In this document: one piece after another, positions 40,179 to 53,023 of the stretch
How the letters are laid out: each line of letters begins with the position of its first letter
How positions within the stretch are numbered: the stretch's first letter is position 1
Origin: Balanoglossus misakiensis
Lineage: Eukaryota > Animalia > Hemichordata
Direction: 5' to 3'
Length of the DNA stretch: 64,000 bases
Assembly (NCBI GenBank): GCA_040954595.2
Contig: CM082582.2
Coordinates: forward strand, 8,795,483 to 8,859,482
Made by a program: the position numbers and the translations under genes
The notes under the pieces: generated by a model
What the model saw: only the letters and a program-made list of their open reading frames with translations
The model's database searches: none
Told to the model about the DNA's origin: nothing

Positions 40179-40194
40179 GGCCCTGAAAAGGGCC
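40179..40194 (-). promoter_or_regulatory. Histone 3' UTR stem-loop (plus downstream purine-rich element)
   Basis: Minus strand CCCAAC-GGCCCTTTTCAGGGCC-ACCA, followed ~15 nt later by AAAAGAGAA (U7-binding HDE-like). Confidence 0.95.
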
Positions 40195-40223
40195 GTTGGG
40201 TTTGCGTATGCCAGGCACACAGT

Positions 40224-40691
<468 letters not shown>

Positions 40692-40787
40692 TTATTTATA
40701 CAGTTCGAAATTGGCGCGAACTCCCCTGATTGGCCAAATACTTTTAATGCGGGTACTTCACACCTTTACCCGACACCCACTGATTGG
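40692..40787 (-). promoter_or_regulatory. H3 promoter: TATA box and three CCAAT boxes
   Basis: TATAAATAA at 40700-40692; minus-strand CCAAT at ~40714, 40733 and 40787. Confidence 0.75.
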
Positions 40788-41628
40788 CCAATAATGCATA
40801 ACAAATTAGATGAGATGATCCTACTTTCGGGCCAAGCTAGAGAAATTCAAAATTTAGCAGAGATCAAATGATGTAACTTGTTGCATACCTACTTAAATCA
40901 TGGACGTAAAAAGATTGACAATGTAGGCCTATGTGTTGTTTGCCGTCCCTTTAGTTTTCCAGAATGGTAACCAAGGTGACCTTCAGTCTGAAACCCCTGT
41001 CTCGCCCTTATTCTATTTCACACAAAAATGCAAATAAAACAGATAAAACCAGGAAAAAATCTACCACTACATCCTTGGCAGACTCGATACCACGCCCTCA
41101 ACGTGACTCAAAAACAGTGTCTGAGCGATGTCTGAGCCTATTTATATACATGTAGTAGTGACACACATGAACTAGGCCTAAGCTTACTGTCAGCTCAGAG
41201 TCGAAATACCATTTCCAAGAGGATTCAATCAAAAACAGTGATCAGTTAGGAAAAGTAAAAAAAATCGGCGTTTCCATCATCAATATTACAGATATAGCGC
41301 GGACACGGAGGCTACTAGTAATAGTACAACGTAGTATATTGTTTACACCGTGACGTCATTGTAACCAGGTAATCAATACCTATACCCTGCGCGCGTGCGC
41401 ATCGTCCTGTTTTTAAGTCGAAGGAGGAAAGGTCAAGAAAACGAGACATCGACACTGACAGTGAAAATGGTAGACTGAGGCCTGTAGATTGGCAGTCGTG
41501 TGATCATTTGAAATCACAGAAGGAAACATTCCTAGTTTCCACACTGATCGGGTGGACCTGCCTGCGCCTACCTACAGTTCGTATATAGCTGGGTTTGGGT
41601 TTTGTTCAAGATCGACAGAAATCTCAAG

Positions 41629-42953
41629 ATGGCGACCCCCATGCATAGTTCCTTGTCTGTCGCCGCTCTTCTATTTACATTGATTTCAATTACAGTCTTA
41701 CCAGTGTCATCGTTTGAGATAGGTGAGTAGACTTGACCCTTCAAGTCCCGGTTTGTCGTGGACGTGCGTACGTCCATGTTTACACGCGAGTCAGCTGGCG
41801 CTCGTGTGATACGGCCTTTGTGATCAACAGGTTGTATCACTATCATGTATGTAACAGAAAATCTATGAACGTGGTTTATGTAAGCAGACTGCAAAGCTAA
41901 ACAACAAAATAAAACTGTACCTTCTTCCCCCGTAGTTTACATGACCAACTTTTGCGGAGAGACGGTGAGCGGCAACGAGGGCGGTTTCGTCGAACCGGAC
42001 TCCACGCTGACGTACAGCAACGACCTGGACTGCACCATGGTCCTGGAGGTCCCCGCTGACCACAAAATACTCCTCCAATTCACGAGGTTCGCCCTGGAGC
42101 CCCCGACCGACGGGGTCTGCACGGACAAACTAGACGTCTACGACGGCAGCAGCGTCTCCAGCCCGAGTCTCATTGCTGACCTGTGCGACAGCCAGACCGT
42201 TGAGGACACCATGACAACAGGGAACTCGGTCACTTTTCGGCTGCAGTCGGACGCGATCGGCAATGACAAGGGGTTTGCCGTCATTTACACAGCTTATAAA
42301 GATCCAGTAGATGGTAAGTTATGATGATAATGATGATGATGACTAAAATTACTATGATCAATGCCATCTTTTTTAATACCAATACGGAACTCTCATTTTT
42401 TTCGGTAGGTGTGTGCCCAGCAGATTACCTGGCCTGTAGTGTGACTCCAATTTGCATACCCAGTATCCTGGCTTGTAACAACTATGATCACTGTGGGGAT
42501 GGGACAGATGAAAGTGACTGTGCAGGTAGGGCATCACTCAGAATGCTACATATAATAATACAGTATGCACAGCCATATGATATTCATTTTTTCACTATTA
42601 CCATAGACATTCACACTCAGTGGTGTCTATGGTACTACTGAACTCATAACAGACATGAACGACATTACTGTATAATACATTGTATTTCTTATCCTACAGA
42701 AGAGACAGATCTTGTTGACGGCGGCTTGACAGTGGGACAGATCATCGCCATCATTCTGGGCATCCTGTGCTTTGGGGTTCTCGTGGGCGGAATCGTCTAC
42801 TTTGTAAAGCGCCACCAGAGGGCGCAGAGACTCACGGAGGAGATCATGATGTCAGAGAAGGCCGTGTATCCGAAGGACAACGTGTACACCGACAAGGATT
42901 TCTGGGGTTACGACCGACCGAACACTGCTCACAGGAGGTCCGGGCAGACGTGA
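41629..42953 (+). CDS. CUB-LDLa-TM protein, paralog 5 (Tyr-containing tail, no Cys cluster)
   Basis: Exons 41629-41722 (signal MATPMHSSLSVAALLFTLISITVL), 41936-42313 (CUB: CTDKLDVYDG..QSDAIGNDKGF), 42409-42525 (6-Cys LDLa), 42700-42953 (TM IIAIILGILCFGVLVGGIVYFV). Confidence 0.88.
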
Positions 42954-43462
42954 CATTCCGACGGACCATAACAAAGATTCCAATTTATGATTTACAGTAC
43001 ATCATGTGCAGTGTTTAAAAAATGCAAAATAGTTTTATTTTACTTTAGGGGTGGTCAGATATAATTGAAAGACAAACGTCAGAGAAATAAATGAAAAAGG
43101 CATGAACAATTGGAAAACCACACAAGTTTAACATGCCGGTACTTTCAAGGGGCATGCAAGTAATAAATTCTGATGAGAATAAATTAATCGGGTTTATATA
43201 CAGTAAATTTATTTTCTTGTACTTATCACTTTTTATATTTACCTGTAAATAAACAAAATGTTTCAATGAACAGTTTGCACTCAGCGTCAAAAATTTGTCG
43301 GCTTGACCCTACATAGTTGTCACAAGACGAAAATTAAAATTTGTCCGCTCACCATATCAAAACACATTATTACTAAACGTTATAAATCATAAAGACACGT
43401 TTTATTGCCCTTGCAATAAATATTGCTCATCCACATACTTTGTAGTAGTGTGAGTCGTGTAA

Positions 43463-45453
43463 CTATCTACACTCTCTGGCGTGTTGGCCATCGTCATTGC
43501 TGGCGTCGAAACCATGGATACCGCCATTGTATCCATTGGGAGTGGTTCCATCTTCATCAATGAGAACAACATCATGATCTTTCCTTTTCTTCTTGTCCTT
43601 GTCTTTGTTCTTGCCGTCTTTCTTGTTCTTGTGGCTCTTCTTCTTCTTGCGGCCCTTCTTCTTGTCGCCGCCATCCCCGCCGGAATCTCCTTTCCCCCCT
43701 CCGCCCTTTTCGGAGACCAGGTACGCCGTGTCCGTCTCCGCCGACCGGCAGCACGAGAAGCAGGTGCAGCCTTTGCGGTCTCGGCTGCCTCCGTCGCCGT
43801 CGCCGTCGCCTCCCTGGCCACGCCGACCCTTGCCGTTCTTGCCGCATGCGCAGTCGGTGCAGCAGTGCTTGCAGCAGTCCCTGCACATGTCGCGCCAACA
43901 GTTTCGGCAGCAGCTGAACCGCCACGGGACGTAGCCCGGTCGCCAGCAGCACCAGTACAGGATGTAGAGGAGCAACAGCGCCGCCACCGGTATCCACCAC
44001 CACCAGAAGTCGTCGTAGTTCAACGACGACGCAGTCACCACTGCCAAAATGATGAAAATTCAAAATTGGTCAAAGTTGCCGGGTCAACGTAATGCATGAT
44101 TCGTCCTACTCTTGGTCACAACCTACACAATATCGAGAATACAATTATACGCAAGTTCAAACTGATTCTTTATTAAAAGCAGGTGTTTGCAGTCTAACAA
44201 AATATCACGTGTTTTCACTCGTCACTAGTTCACGGCCCAACAGTTTATCGATATTGGCACAACCAGCTGTTCTTGAAACGTCACGCACCTGTGCAGTTGG
44301 AGGGCGCTCCGTCCAGCTCGTCGCTGCCATCCCCGCAGTTGTTGATTCGTTCGCACGCAAGGGTGCGTGGAATGCACCTCATGTTGTTACACAGAAGTTC
44401 GGTATCCTCGTCCTCGCATGGACCTACAGGAGCCACAAGGCGGGAAACCTTTAGTCTGGGGGCAACATGACGTAGAGATAGAAAATATGACGAGAGACCA
44501 TTTGTAGTCCTGCAAATCACTTTGTTGGAAGGTGAACGTTGCAGCTGTTATTCAAATTATAGAGTTGTATTCAAATTTATCGCAAATTTGGCATGAAGAT
44601 TAAATATCAAAAATTGTCTACAATTTTCCGGCATGTCCGAACGACTCACCGTAATCGAATGACGTGTAGAGGAAGGTGAAATTGACGCGAGCCGTGCTCT
44701 GCGTGCGCATCACGAACGTGGCGAAGTTCTGGGTGGTGGTTATGGACGGGGCCAGAGTGGTCCCACACGTGTGCAGCAGCACAGGATCGTCCGTTGATTC
44801 GCCGTCGAACACCTGTATGTACGAACTGTTGCATGTCTTATCGTCTCCAATGTCGGTGCTTTCGACCGTGTTTGCCGAATCTGCAAAGAAACATTACCAT
44901 ACATCTGTACTGAGACGAGATGACACACCACCGCACACTATCACATACATGTACAGTCAATTATGAAATATATTATTCACACAACACCGTGACACACGAA
45001 CAAGATGGTATAGTATATTTATGTCCATCTCGTCCCTTGATTTACTTACCGATGATTCCGTAATAGTTCGGACGGACGAGACGGATGTACAACATCTGGT
45101 CGTTTTTCAGAGCTTGCACCGTCATCTGACAATCGAAATTCCTCCTGAAGGACCCGGATCCCCTGTGAGACCTCACAAAACGGGAATCGGCCTTCTCCAT
45201 AGTTTCATTGCAGTTGCTGCTGAAGACAACTGCAAAACAAATCGAAGATTGTTTCAAATTCGGGGTGCTTCAAGAATAAGGCGACAGGAGAGCAATTTTG
45301 AAACTTTAATAGATATGGGGTTGTATATTTATATCAGATATAATACTCACTTGTTGAAGTCTGTGCATCGACCAAACTGAAGCTGGAAACGAGGGCTGCC
45401 GCAAAAAGGTACCACCGCAGCGGTAGAGAACTGTCGTCACCAAGCGTCGACAT
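43463..45453 (-). CDS. CUB-LDLa-TM protein, paralog 6 (YWCCWRPGY subfamily, Lys-rich tail)
   Basis: Exons 45453-45351 (signal MSTLGDDSSLPLRWYLFAAALV), 45229-45050 and 44880-44650 (CUB split by a phase-1 intron; SYIQVFDG..TCG), 44423-44289 (LDLa), 44040-43463 (TM, Cys-rich then Gly/Lys-rich tail). Confidence 0.85.
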
Positions 45454-46645
45454 TTTGGTCCGTTCAAATCAAGACTACTCCTGACAACTGGTCTCACTCG
45501 TTTTTCGACGGCTGGAAATCATCAAACTCGCGACAGAGTCAACAGAACCTGTGTTTTGAGGACGCACGCCATTGTGTCGCTCTCTACCTAGCGGGTATAA
45601 ATATCCCGTGACGGACTGAAAGGAAAACACCGCTTACAAAGCGGACGTACACACAGCCTCTGGGTGTCAACAGAGTCGCCGCAGTGAGAGGCGGTGAACT
45701 GGAAAGCACGTCTTCCGCCACAATGCGCCAATTGTCTCGCGTTATTCTTTGTTGTGGCGATATTCTGTGTTGTGGTTCGGTTCAAGATTTTGATCACACC
45801 CAGCGCACAACCTGCCTATCGAGAGTTTCACTCCTCGGTTGATTTGTATCACTCCGCCGCAAGGTGGTTTCTAAAAGTATATAATGACGCGTCGATCCCT
45901 ACTGTTATCCAAACTACTAGGCAGTGAGGGTGGGGGTGGAGTATTGGTAATGGCAAAAATAACAAACGTGATTTATATGACGTAAATTTTCATCAGATCA
46001 AATTAAGTCAACACTGGTGTCAGGCGCATTCACACGAATATCGGTGCGATATTAAATGGCTACAGACACATATTAGTTTTCAGTGTCCTCCTCATCAAAA
46101 TGAGCGAACAACGTATACAAGATGAATTCTTGGAAAATTGTTTAATAGTAAGGTCGCCAGTTTGGCTTTATTTACAACATAAATTTAACAGTTCCACGAC
46201 ATTCTATATTCGAATTCGGAATTTAAAATAAAGTTTCCCCTCGGATATCATGTAAGATGTCGACCCACTGCATTACATGTATATGGGACGCCGGGGTGGC
46301 CAAGCGTACTTGGTAAAAATCAAAAGAATATTTTAATATCATGGGTTTCTTTAGCGAAAATAAATATTTACATCACCGAAGAAAAAACTACAGACAGTAC
46401 TTAGAAAAAACTACAAAGTCTGCCTTGTCTTGAGAAACGCGTCTTGGTGGTAAAGTGTGTATCCTCCCGACTGGACATGATATAATGGTCGATCCTGAAA
46501 AAGATACACTTTCTTCGGTTGTCACCTCGTCAGTTCGCTCGCTCAAATGCTGTAAGCCAGATCTAACAACAGAAAATATATTTGGAATGACGACACATGT
46601 ACACACGGCGTTGTCAGTTTCTACATGACAGCTCTTCCGCAGGTG

Positions 46646-48254
46646 TCAGCCAATCTCAACCGGATTTGGTGTAGGGGAGTGACCAGTGTAGTTGGCCACG
46701 TAGACACCCTTTTTGCTGGACGCCCCGTTGCCCATCGGGTCGTAGCCCTTGCCATCCCCGGCTTTGCTGTCGCCCACGTGGCGGGGGCCGCAGCAGTGAC
46801 AGCCGCGGGGACCGGCGCATAAGGCCCGACAACAGTTCCTGCTGCCGCGCGAACACCACTTGCAAGGGTCGCAGCAGGTCCTGTGACGCCAGCACCCGCA
46901 CGCCCATTCCACGTAGCCCGGTCGCCAGCAGCACCAGTAGATCAGGTACAGCAACGCTGATCCCAGGATTCCTAGCGTGATCCACAACGGAAGCAAGTCT
47001 GTCGGCTGGTCTGTAAATGCATATTTTTTTTAAAACGTGTGTCAGTAAAGCTAAACTGCAACCACCTGTACGACAAATGCGACGCTCAGTTTGGTGCCTC
47101 TCGTTACAGGTTGTGATTTTGACACAAAGGCACGAAAAGTACTGAGCATTTTTGAGCGCGTACTCATATAGTATAAAGCATCCCAGACCTGTGTCTATGC
47201 GTGGTCGAAAATTACTTACTTGGGCAGTAAATCGGCGCAGTTGTCCACTGATCGCTAAAATCTTGCTGTCCACAATTGGAAATATTGGCAGGATCGTTGA
47301 CGCACGTCACCTCAAGGGATATACATCTTTTGGTAGTTTCACAGTGAAAATCGGCGACTTCGTCAGGGCACAAACCCAGGGCGTTGTCTGGGGGGGGGAG
47401 GGATGGAGTAAATATTACAGTTTTGCTATTAACAAAACGAGACAGTATAAAACGCATACAGCACAACACACTATAGCATAGCACTGTACAGCATAGCATA
47501 GCACGGCACAGTACACAACAAAACAGTCACAGAAAATAAAGGGAACTCAATGCTAACCATCTCTATAAGATGTAAAGATTCCTCTGAAATCCATGACAGT
47601 GGCGTTACCATCCAACATCACGTCGAGGGTCATACTATTACCCGAGGAGAGGACAACGTACGACGGTGGATTCGGGCGGTCGGTGCCGCAGAGCTCGTGC
47701 AGCAGAGACGACGTCGTCGTCGTCGAGCCGTCGTATATCCTCATGTACGCCGTGCTGCAGTCGGTCGGGTCGACGTCGACGTCTCGCACGGAAATGTCGA
47801 AGTGGGTGAACTCCAGCATGACCATTGTGTACGGCGACTTGGCTTTGAACGTGTACACGCAATACAGGGTTCGGTTGTAGAAGTCGTATGAGCCGGCGTC
47901 CGGGTGAGACTCGATGACCAGGCCGTAGTCCGTGTTCGATCCCGTGCATCTGTTCGAAAATACCACTGGATGGCAAAAAGGAGGGGAAAAGACAAAGCAG
48001 GCCTGTTTAATATCAATATGTTTAGAGAAAAAAATCCCAAACAGTATTAATATCAACGGACTGTCGCCAATTATTTTAAAAAGGACTCTAGCTATATATT
48101 GGTACATATAAATCACAAGGTTTGATTGACGCGTACGCTTACCGGTGTTGAGAGAGTGCGGTTCCCCGCTGACTGACAACATAGACAGAAGGAAAACAGC
48201 TACATTCAGACACGTCACCTTGGACTTCATCATTGAGTCTTGGTCAACGTTCAT
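46646..48254 (-). CDS. CUB-LDLa-TM protein, paralog 7 (YWCCWRPGY subfamily)
   Basis: Exons 48254-48143 (signal; a downstream ATG near 48233 is possible), 47965-47558 (CUB: AYMRIYDG..ELCG), 47387-47220 (divergent LDLa), 47010-46646 (TM and Cys-rich tail). Confidence 0.85.
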
Positions 48255-50071
48255 TGCGCGTTAATACTACACCACCACCGCCACCATCAGTTTTGCGGGT
48301 TTGAAGGGATTGCGTGTAGCGAGCTGAATATTGCACTAGGCGCAATAACAGCAACGTGTTTGTACTTTTCGATGTCGGGTCATTTCCTATTGTTAGCCGT
48401 GTTGTTCTATTAACACATTCTCCGCTGAACTGGGAGGCCAGCCAGAGAGATAGAGAGACCGTACCCATCCGCAGAGAAAATAGTCCACTGGTTGTGCGCT
48501 TAGCTCTGGCGTGTTGAAAAGTACTGCGACAGCAAATCACGGTCAATCTCAACAACACATATGACCCATTTAAAGTAATTAAGGGACTGTTAAAATTCTT
48601 TTGACTGTTCTTGTGAAAAATAGAAACAGTGCTGACTGGTGATTTGTTCATGTCGTATACTTCATGCTAAATCCCATGTCGTCATGGCGGGTTAAATGTA
48701 ACGTAACTGGTATGTCCAGAGTGTAGGCCCCGGTCAATAGGTGACCAACCCTTCTGTCAGGGACGAGAAAACAAAACACCCGTTGTCGTGGTAACGTAAA
48801 CAAACCCTTATTCACTGAGAATTTGAGAAAGTGAACGGGTGATCCGTAAACTTAAGTGCTGGTGAATGAGCTGTTAAATTAATCCTTTCACGGGGTCGCG
48901 GGGTCAAGCAAACGTCGCATAATAACGGTCCCCTTTAAAATGTTGACGCAGATCATGGAACGCTGTACGCCGAATCGAATGTGGGTGCTGACAAATCAGA
49001 TATCCTGACAAAGATAAGACCACGCCAATTCTTTATTGGACGTTGCATGCTGGCACTGACATTGAGCTAATTCTCGCCCGTCATTTTTTCCCCACATTAT
49101 GAATGAAAGTCGGTACAATAAAATGTTTTAATGGTACTCACACCACACACACACTGCGTGATACTAATGAATACAATAAAATATACAATACATGTAGGGC
49201 CTATGTGGTGTGTGCCATCTCCTAGGGACAGCATTTTGCAAACGAAATAAAGGAGTGTTGTTTATTTTGGATTAAAATGTGACCTGCCTGTCCGACATGG
49301 CAATAAACCCACTTTCTTGTCACCCTCGAAACGTCAAAATGTCCAGCAAATTGCCTAGTTTCACGCGTAGAATTGTTGCCGTGCACAAGTGGCTGGCTGG
49401 CTGGCTGGCTTGCAAAGTACAGGTGAATGCGTTTCAAGTACTCCCCATAAACTGACGATTCCTATCGGTGATGGCGCTATATATAGCATGCCACTTATCA
49501 GTGTTTCGTCTGGATTGCAGAACATCTGCGAAATTTGCTCGACAAGTCTTGCCGTGGAGTTCATGGTTTGATAGGATGCCAGCGATCGTCTCAAAAGTCA
49601 ACGAACCACATTTCTGAAACAGTGCATTTCCCCCATTTGACCAGTCTGGTGGGTTTTTTTGTTATCAATTGACCATCATATGCAACGTCAGGATATGATC
49701 CATGCCACACCTATTCTTCGCACATTCGAATTTCCAAAATTGACTTAAACAAAGGCCGAAAATGGTGAGCGACAGTGCAGAGTCAACATTACATTATCTC
49801 TATGATTCACCATTGCAGAGTCGTCATCGATAAACCCCGACCCGCTTAATTATTGACGTGTTTTTTGAAAGATTAACTTGTCAAACATTGATATGATGTA
49901 TAAAGGTTGGGAAGGACAATCTGCTTATATTAACAGCCCTCATTAAGGTGACGATATCGCCCAGTTGGTACGGGACAGTTAGACACATCTAGATTCTTCT
50001 GTAGCTCGTCGCCGCCGCGCCGTCGAAATCACCAGGTGGTACTTTTTAAAAGACTCTGTTTCACACGAATA

Positions 50072-53023
50072 ATGAAGACGGGGACGTTTCTGTCAGCCTT
50101 GACGCTATGTCTGGCTCTCGTCGCCGAGGAAACCCGGGGAACAAGTAAGTGGCTAGCTCGTCATGGCCTGACTTTAGGAGATGGTTCGTGGTGGCATCAT
50201 AAGAGACCATTTTTATCTGTTGGCGATGGTGTATATTAGCACCATGAATAGGTCGCAAAGCGCAAGCTTACTGAGTTGTTGATCTTTATTTTCTGCGAGT
50301 TTTTTGTTTCGTTTAAGGGAACAACTCGTCGCTCTCATTAAAACGGAACACAATAATCAAACAATTTCTTAAAAAAATTATCGATTTCACATTGCTCTTG
50401 GTGTTTACACATGTCCGACAATCTATTATCTGTTTGTTGTTTCAGAGCTAAATTTTCACATAAACACGAAACTCCAAGGCCTATACGCGGAATCCGTTAT
50501 GACGCAAGAAATTGCGATAATGCCGCTGTTGTTTTGAAACGACCTTCGATATTTTCGGCGAAAATCCGCCTAGGAACGATTCGGTTACTCATTTGTGTGT
50601 TTTACTTGAAGGGTGTGACAGTTGACCTGATAAATGAATAACCATGGCACCGCCATGAGATAGCATTCAGGAAAATATGAAGTCACAACGTCTAATCTCA
50701 AACAAAGTCAACTTCCCCCGGGGGAAATATTTGGATTCCATTACGCCTATTCCAAAAAGGGAACAAACGCGCCACCCTTTCCAATGTTTTCGTCATTTCG
50801 AGATGTCGCGGCGACGAACGCATGATCGGGGAATTTGACCCCGAGTTGCGTTTCCGCGTGATGGTGACGAATCAAGCATCGCAATGACGCGGTCGTCGGT
50901 TAAATTTTAAGTGACGATCAACAAACAACCACCGTACTGGAGACTGTTGTAAGCGTTCTAGTGCGCGTTTCAATGAAACAGGGTATCTGATTGGTCGCGG
51001 TGAAGCCATCCATCCATTTAGCTGCAAACTGAACAAAGTGCGCGTTTGAGAAGAAAAATATATGAATTTGATTCCACGATTACGTCAAGAGAAGCCCTGG
51101 GCAAGCCCCAGGCGTAACTTGGCCCCAAATGAAAGGAATACAGTCTACATGCCCATATGTGGATAAAAGGGAGTCAGTGTTCAAATATTCCGGTTACCAT
51201 ACGTAGGTGATTCACTGACGGCTTTGTGGTTAAAGGTGACCATATACCTCATGCTTCAACATGATCCACCTTACTGCACATACACCTTGCACCGTTTACA
51301 AACCATATTCTTCTCATTCCAGTGTACATGGATGAGCTGTGCGGCGAAACTGTGATCCACAAAGGAGACAGAATGTACTCCCAGTACGAAAAATACTACG
51401 ACAACAATTTCGACTGTGTCACCACGTTGCAGGCGAAGCACAGTTACCAGCGAGTGTCAGTAGACGTGAGTTCTCCAATATTTCAGACTTGGGGGGGGGA
51501 CAGCAAATACTGAGGCGGCCGCTGCATTGCATTGTGGGTGATTTAACCCGGAAATTCATCTCTCTCAGGGACGATTTTGACTCATGATGGCATCGTTTGT
51601 CTTCCCGTTACTTTTCCGCTTTATCAATTTTCTCCAATTATCGTACATTATTTGTCGGCTTAGGACCCTTCCCGTCTCCGCCATCTTTTTTTCTGACACT
51701 TCAACCGACCATCAATTCATCGTATCTTTCTCACTGCAGTTTGACTGGGTGGACATTGAAAATTCTGTCAGTGGCTGTCCCGACTACTTGGAGGTCTACG
51801 ACGGTCCAGACACGTCCAGTCTGCTACTCAAACGAATCTGTGGTAGATACGAACCTGCAGACATCATATCCTCGGGCCAAGCGATAACTCTGAGAATGCA
51901 CACAGACCATTCATACGTGGACAACGGATTTAACCTGGTCTTCACTTCTTTCCACGATTGTAAGTTGGTTTTCCGCTCATTGCGAGATCTCGCGAGACTT
52001 TATTAGGACCGTGGCAACGGGATACAAGACAAGCTGTGCATGAAACTAATGAACCTGTGCCCTCAACGTTCAAATACCGGACATCTCTTTAAAGTAAAGC
52101 CGAGAAGTGTGCATAATTGGACAGGAATGGTACCTTGAAAATCTGTTAATGAATATTTGGCTATTAGGACACACGAGTGTTAGGCGGCCCCAGACGTCTG
52201 AAATCTATATACAGTCACGGCTGAAAAGTCTGATAACTTTCATTTATGATGTTTCCTTCTCTTTGTGTATTCCAGCTGCTTCCTATGGCTGCAATGCTAC
52301 AACTTACTACCTGTGTGAAAACCGACGCTGCGTCGATTCAACTCTGGTGTGCGACGGACGCAACAACTGCAACGATGCTTCTGATGAATACGATTGTGGT
52401 GAGTAAAGGGTGTCTGGTATAGAGTCCGTGCTTTGGGTTGTGCCGTGTCCCTGTCACCAATGGAATTTGAACTTGTCTATATAAACCGATGTTGTGGGGT
52501 GTTTTTTTTTTTGTTCTTCTGAAGCCACATACGCTTCCGATGATGACGTGACCGATTTTCAGACCTTGAAACTCCAACAGATGTTCAAAATAGAGGTGAT
52601 CAGAAAAACTGAAATATACGATGTGAGATTCATGAGCTTGGTGTTCGCCCTACAGTGATGACCTCAGACCCCCGGGCCTTATATGTCGTCTGATTCATTC
52701 CAGGGACGTGGTTGAGCGTCTGGGCCATCACTTGCATAGTCATCGGTATTCTGTTGCTGCTGACGTGTGGCATCATGGCGGTCTGCGCCTGCTGCGGCTA
52801 CTGCTGCTTCGCCTGCACCAAGAAGAAGAAGTCCCGGGAAACGACCGTCGTCACCTCGTCCCATCAGCCAGACACAGCCGGCGACATGGGCAGCTATCCG
52901 ATGAGCACGACCGGTCAATACCCACCCGGCCAGCAGTACATGGCCCCACCCCCAGCTTATCAAGCCGTCGCGGCCCCGAACACAATGGGTGGAAACGACG
53001 ACCTGCCCCCAAAGCCCCAATAA
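50072..53023 (+). CDS. CUB-LDLa-TM protein, paralog 8 (PPAY tail)
   Basis: Exons 50072-50144 (signal MKTGTFLSALTLCLALVA), 51323-51465 and 51740-51959 (CUB split by a phase-0 intron), 52276-52398 (6-Cys LDLa), 52704-53023 (TM, CACCGYCCFAC, PPPAY). Confidence 0.88.

Noticed and set aside
43402-44092. Several long overlapping ORFs in alternative frames and strands
   Set aside because: Shadows of the GC-rich, low-complexity last exon of paralog 6.
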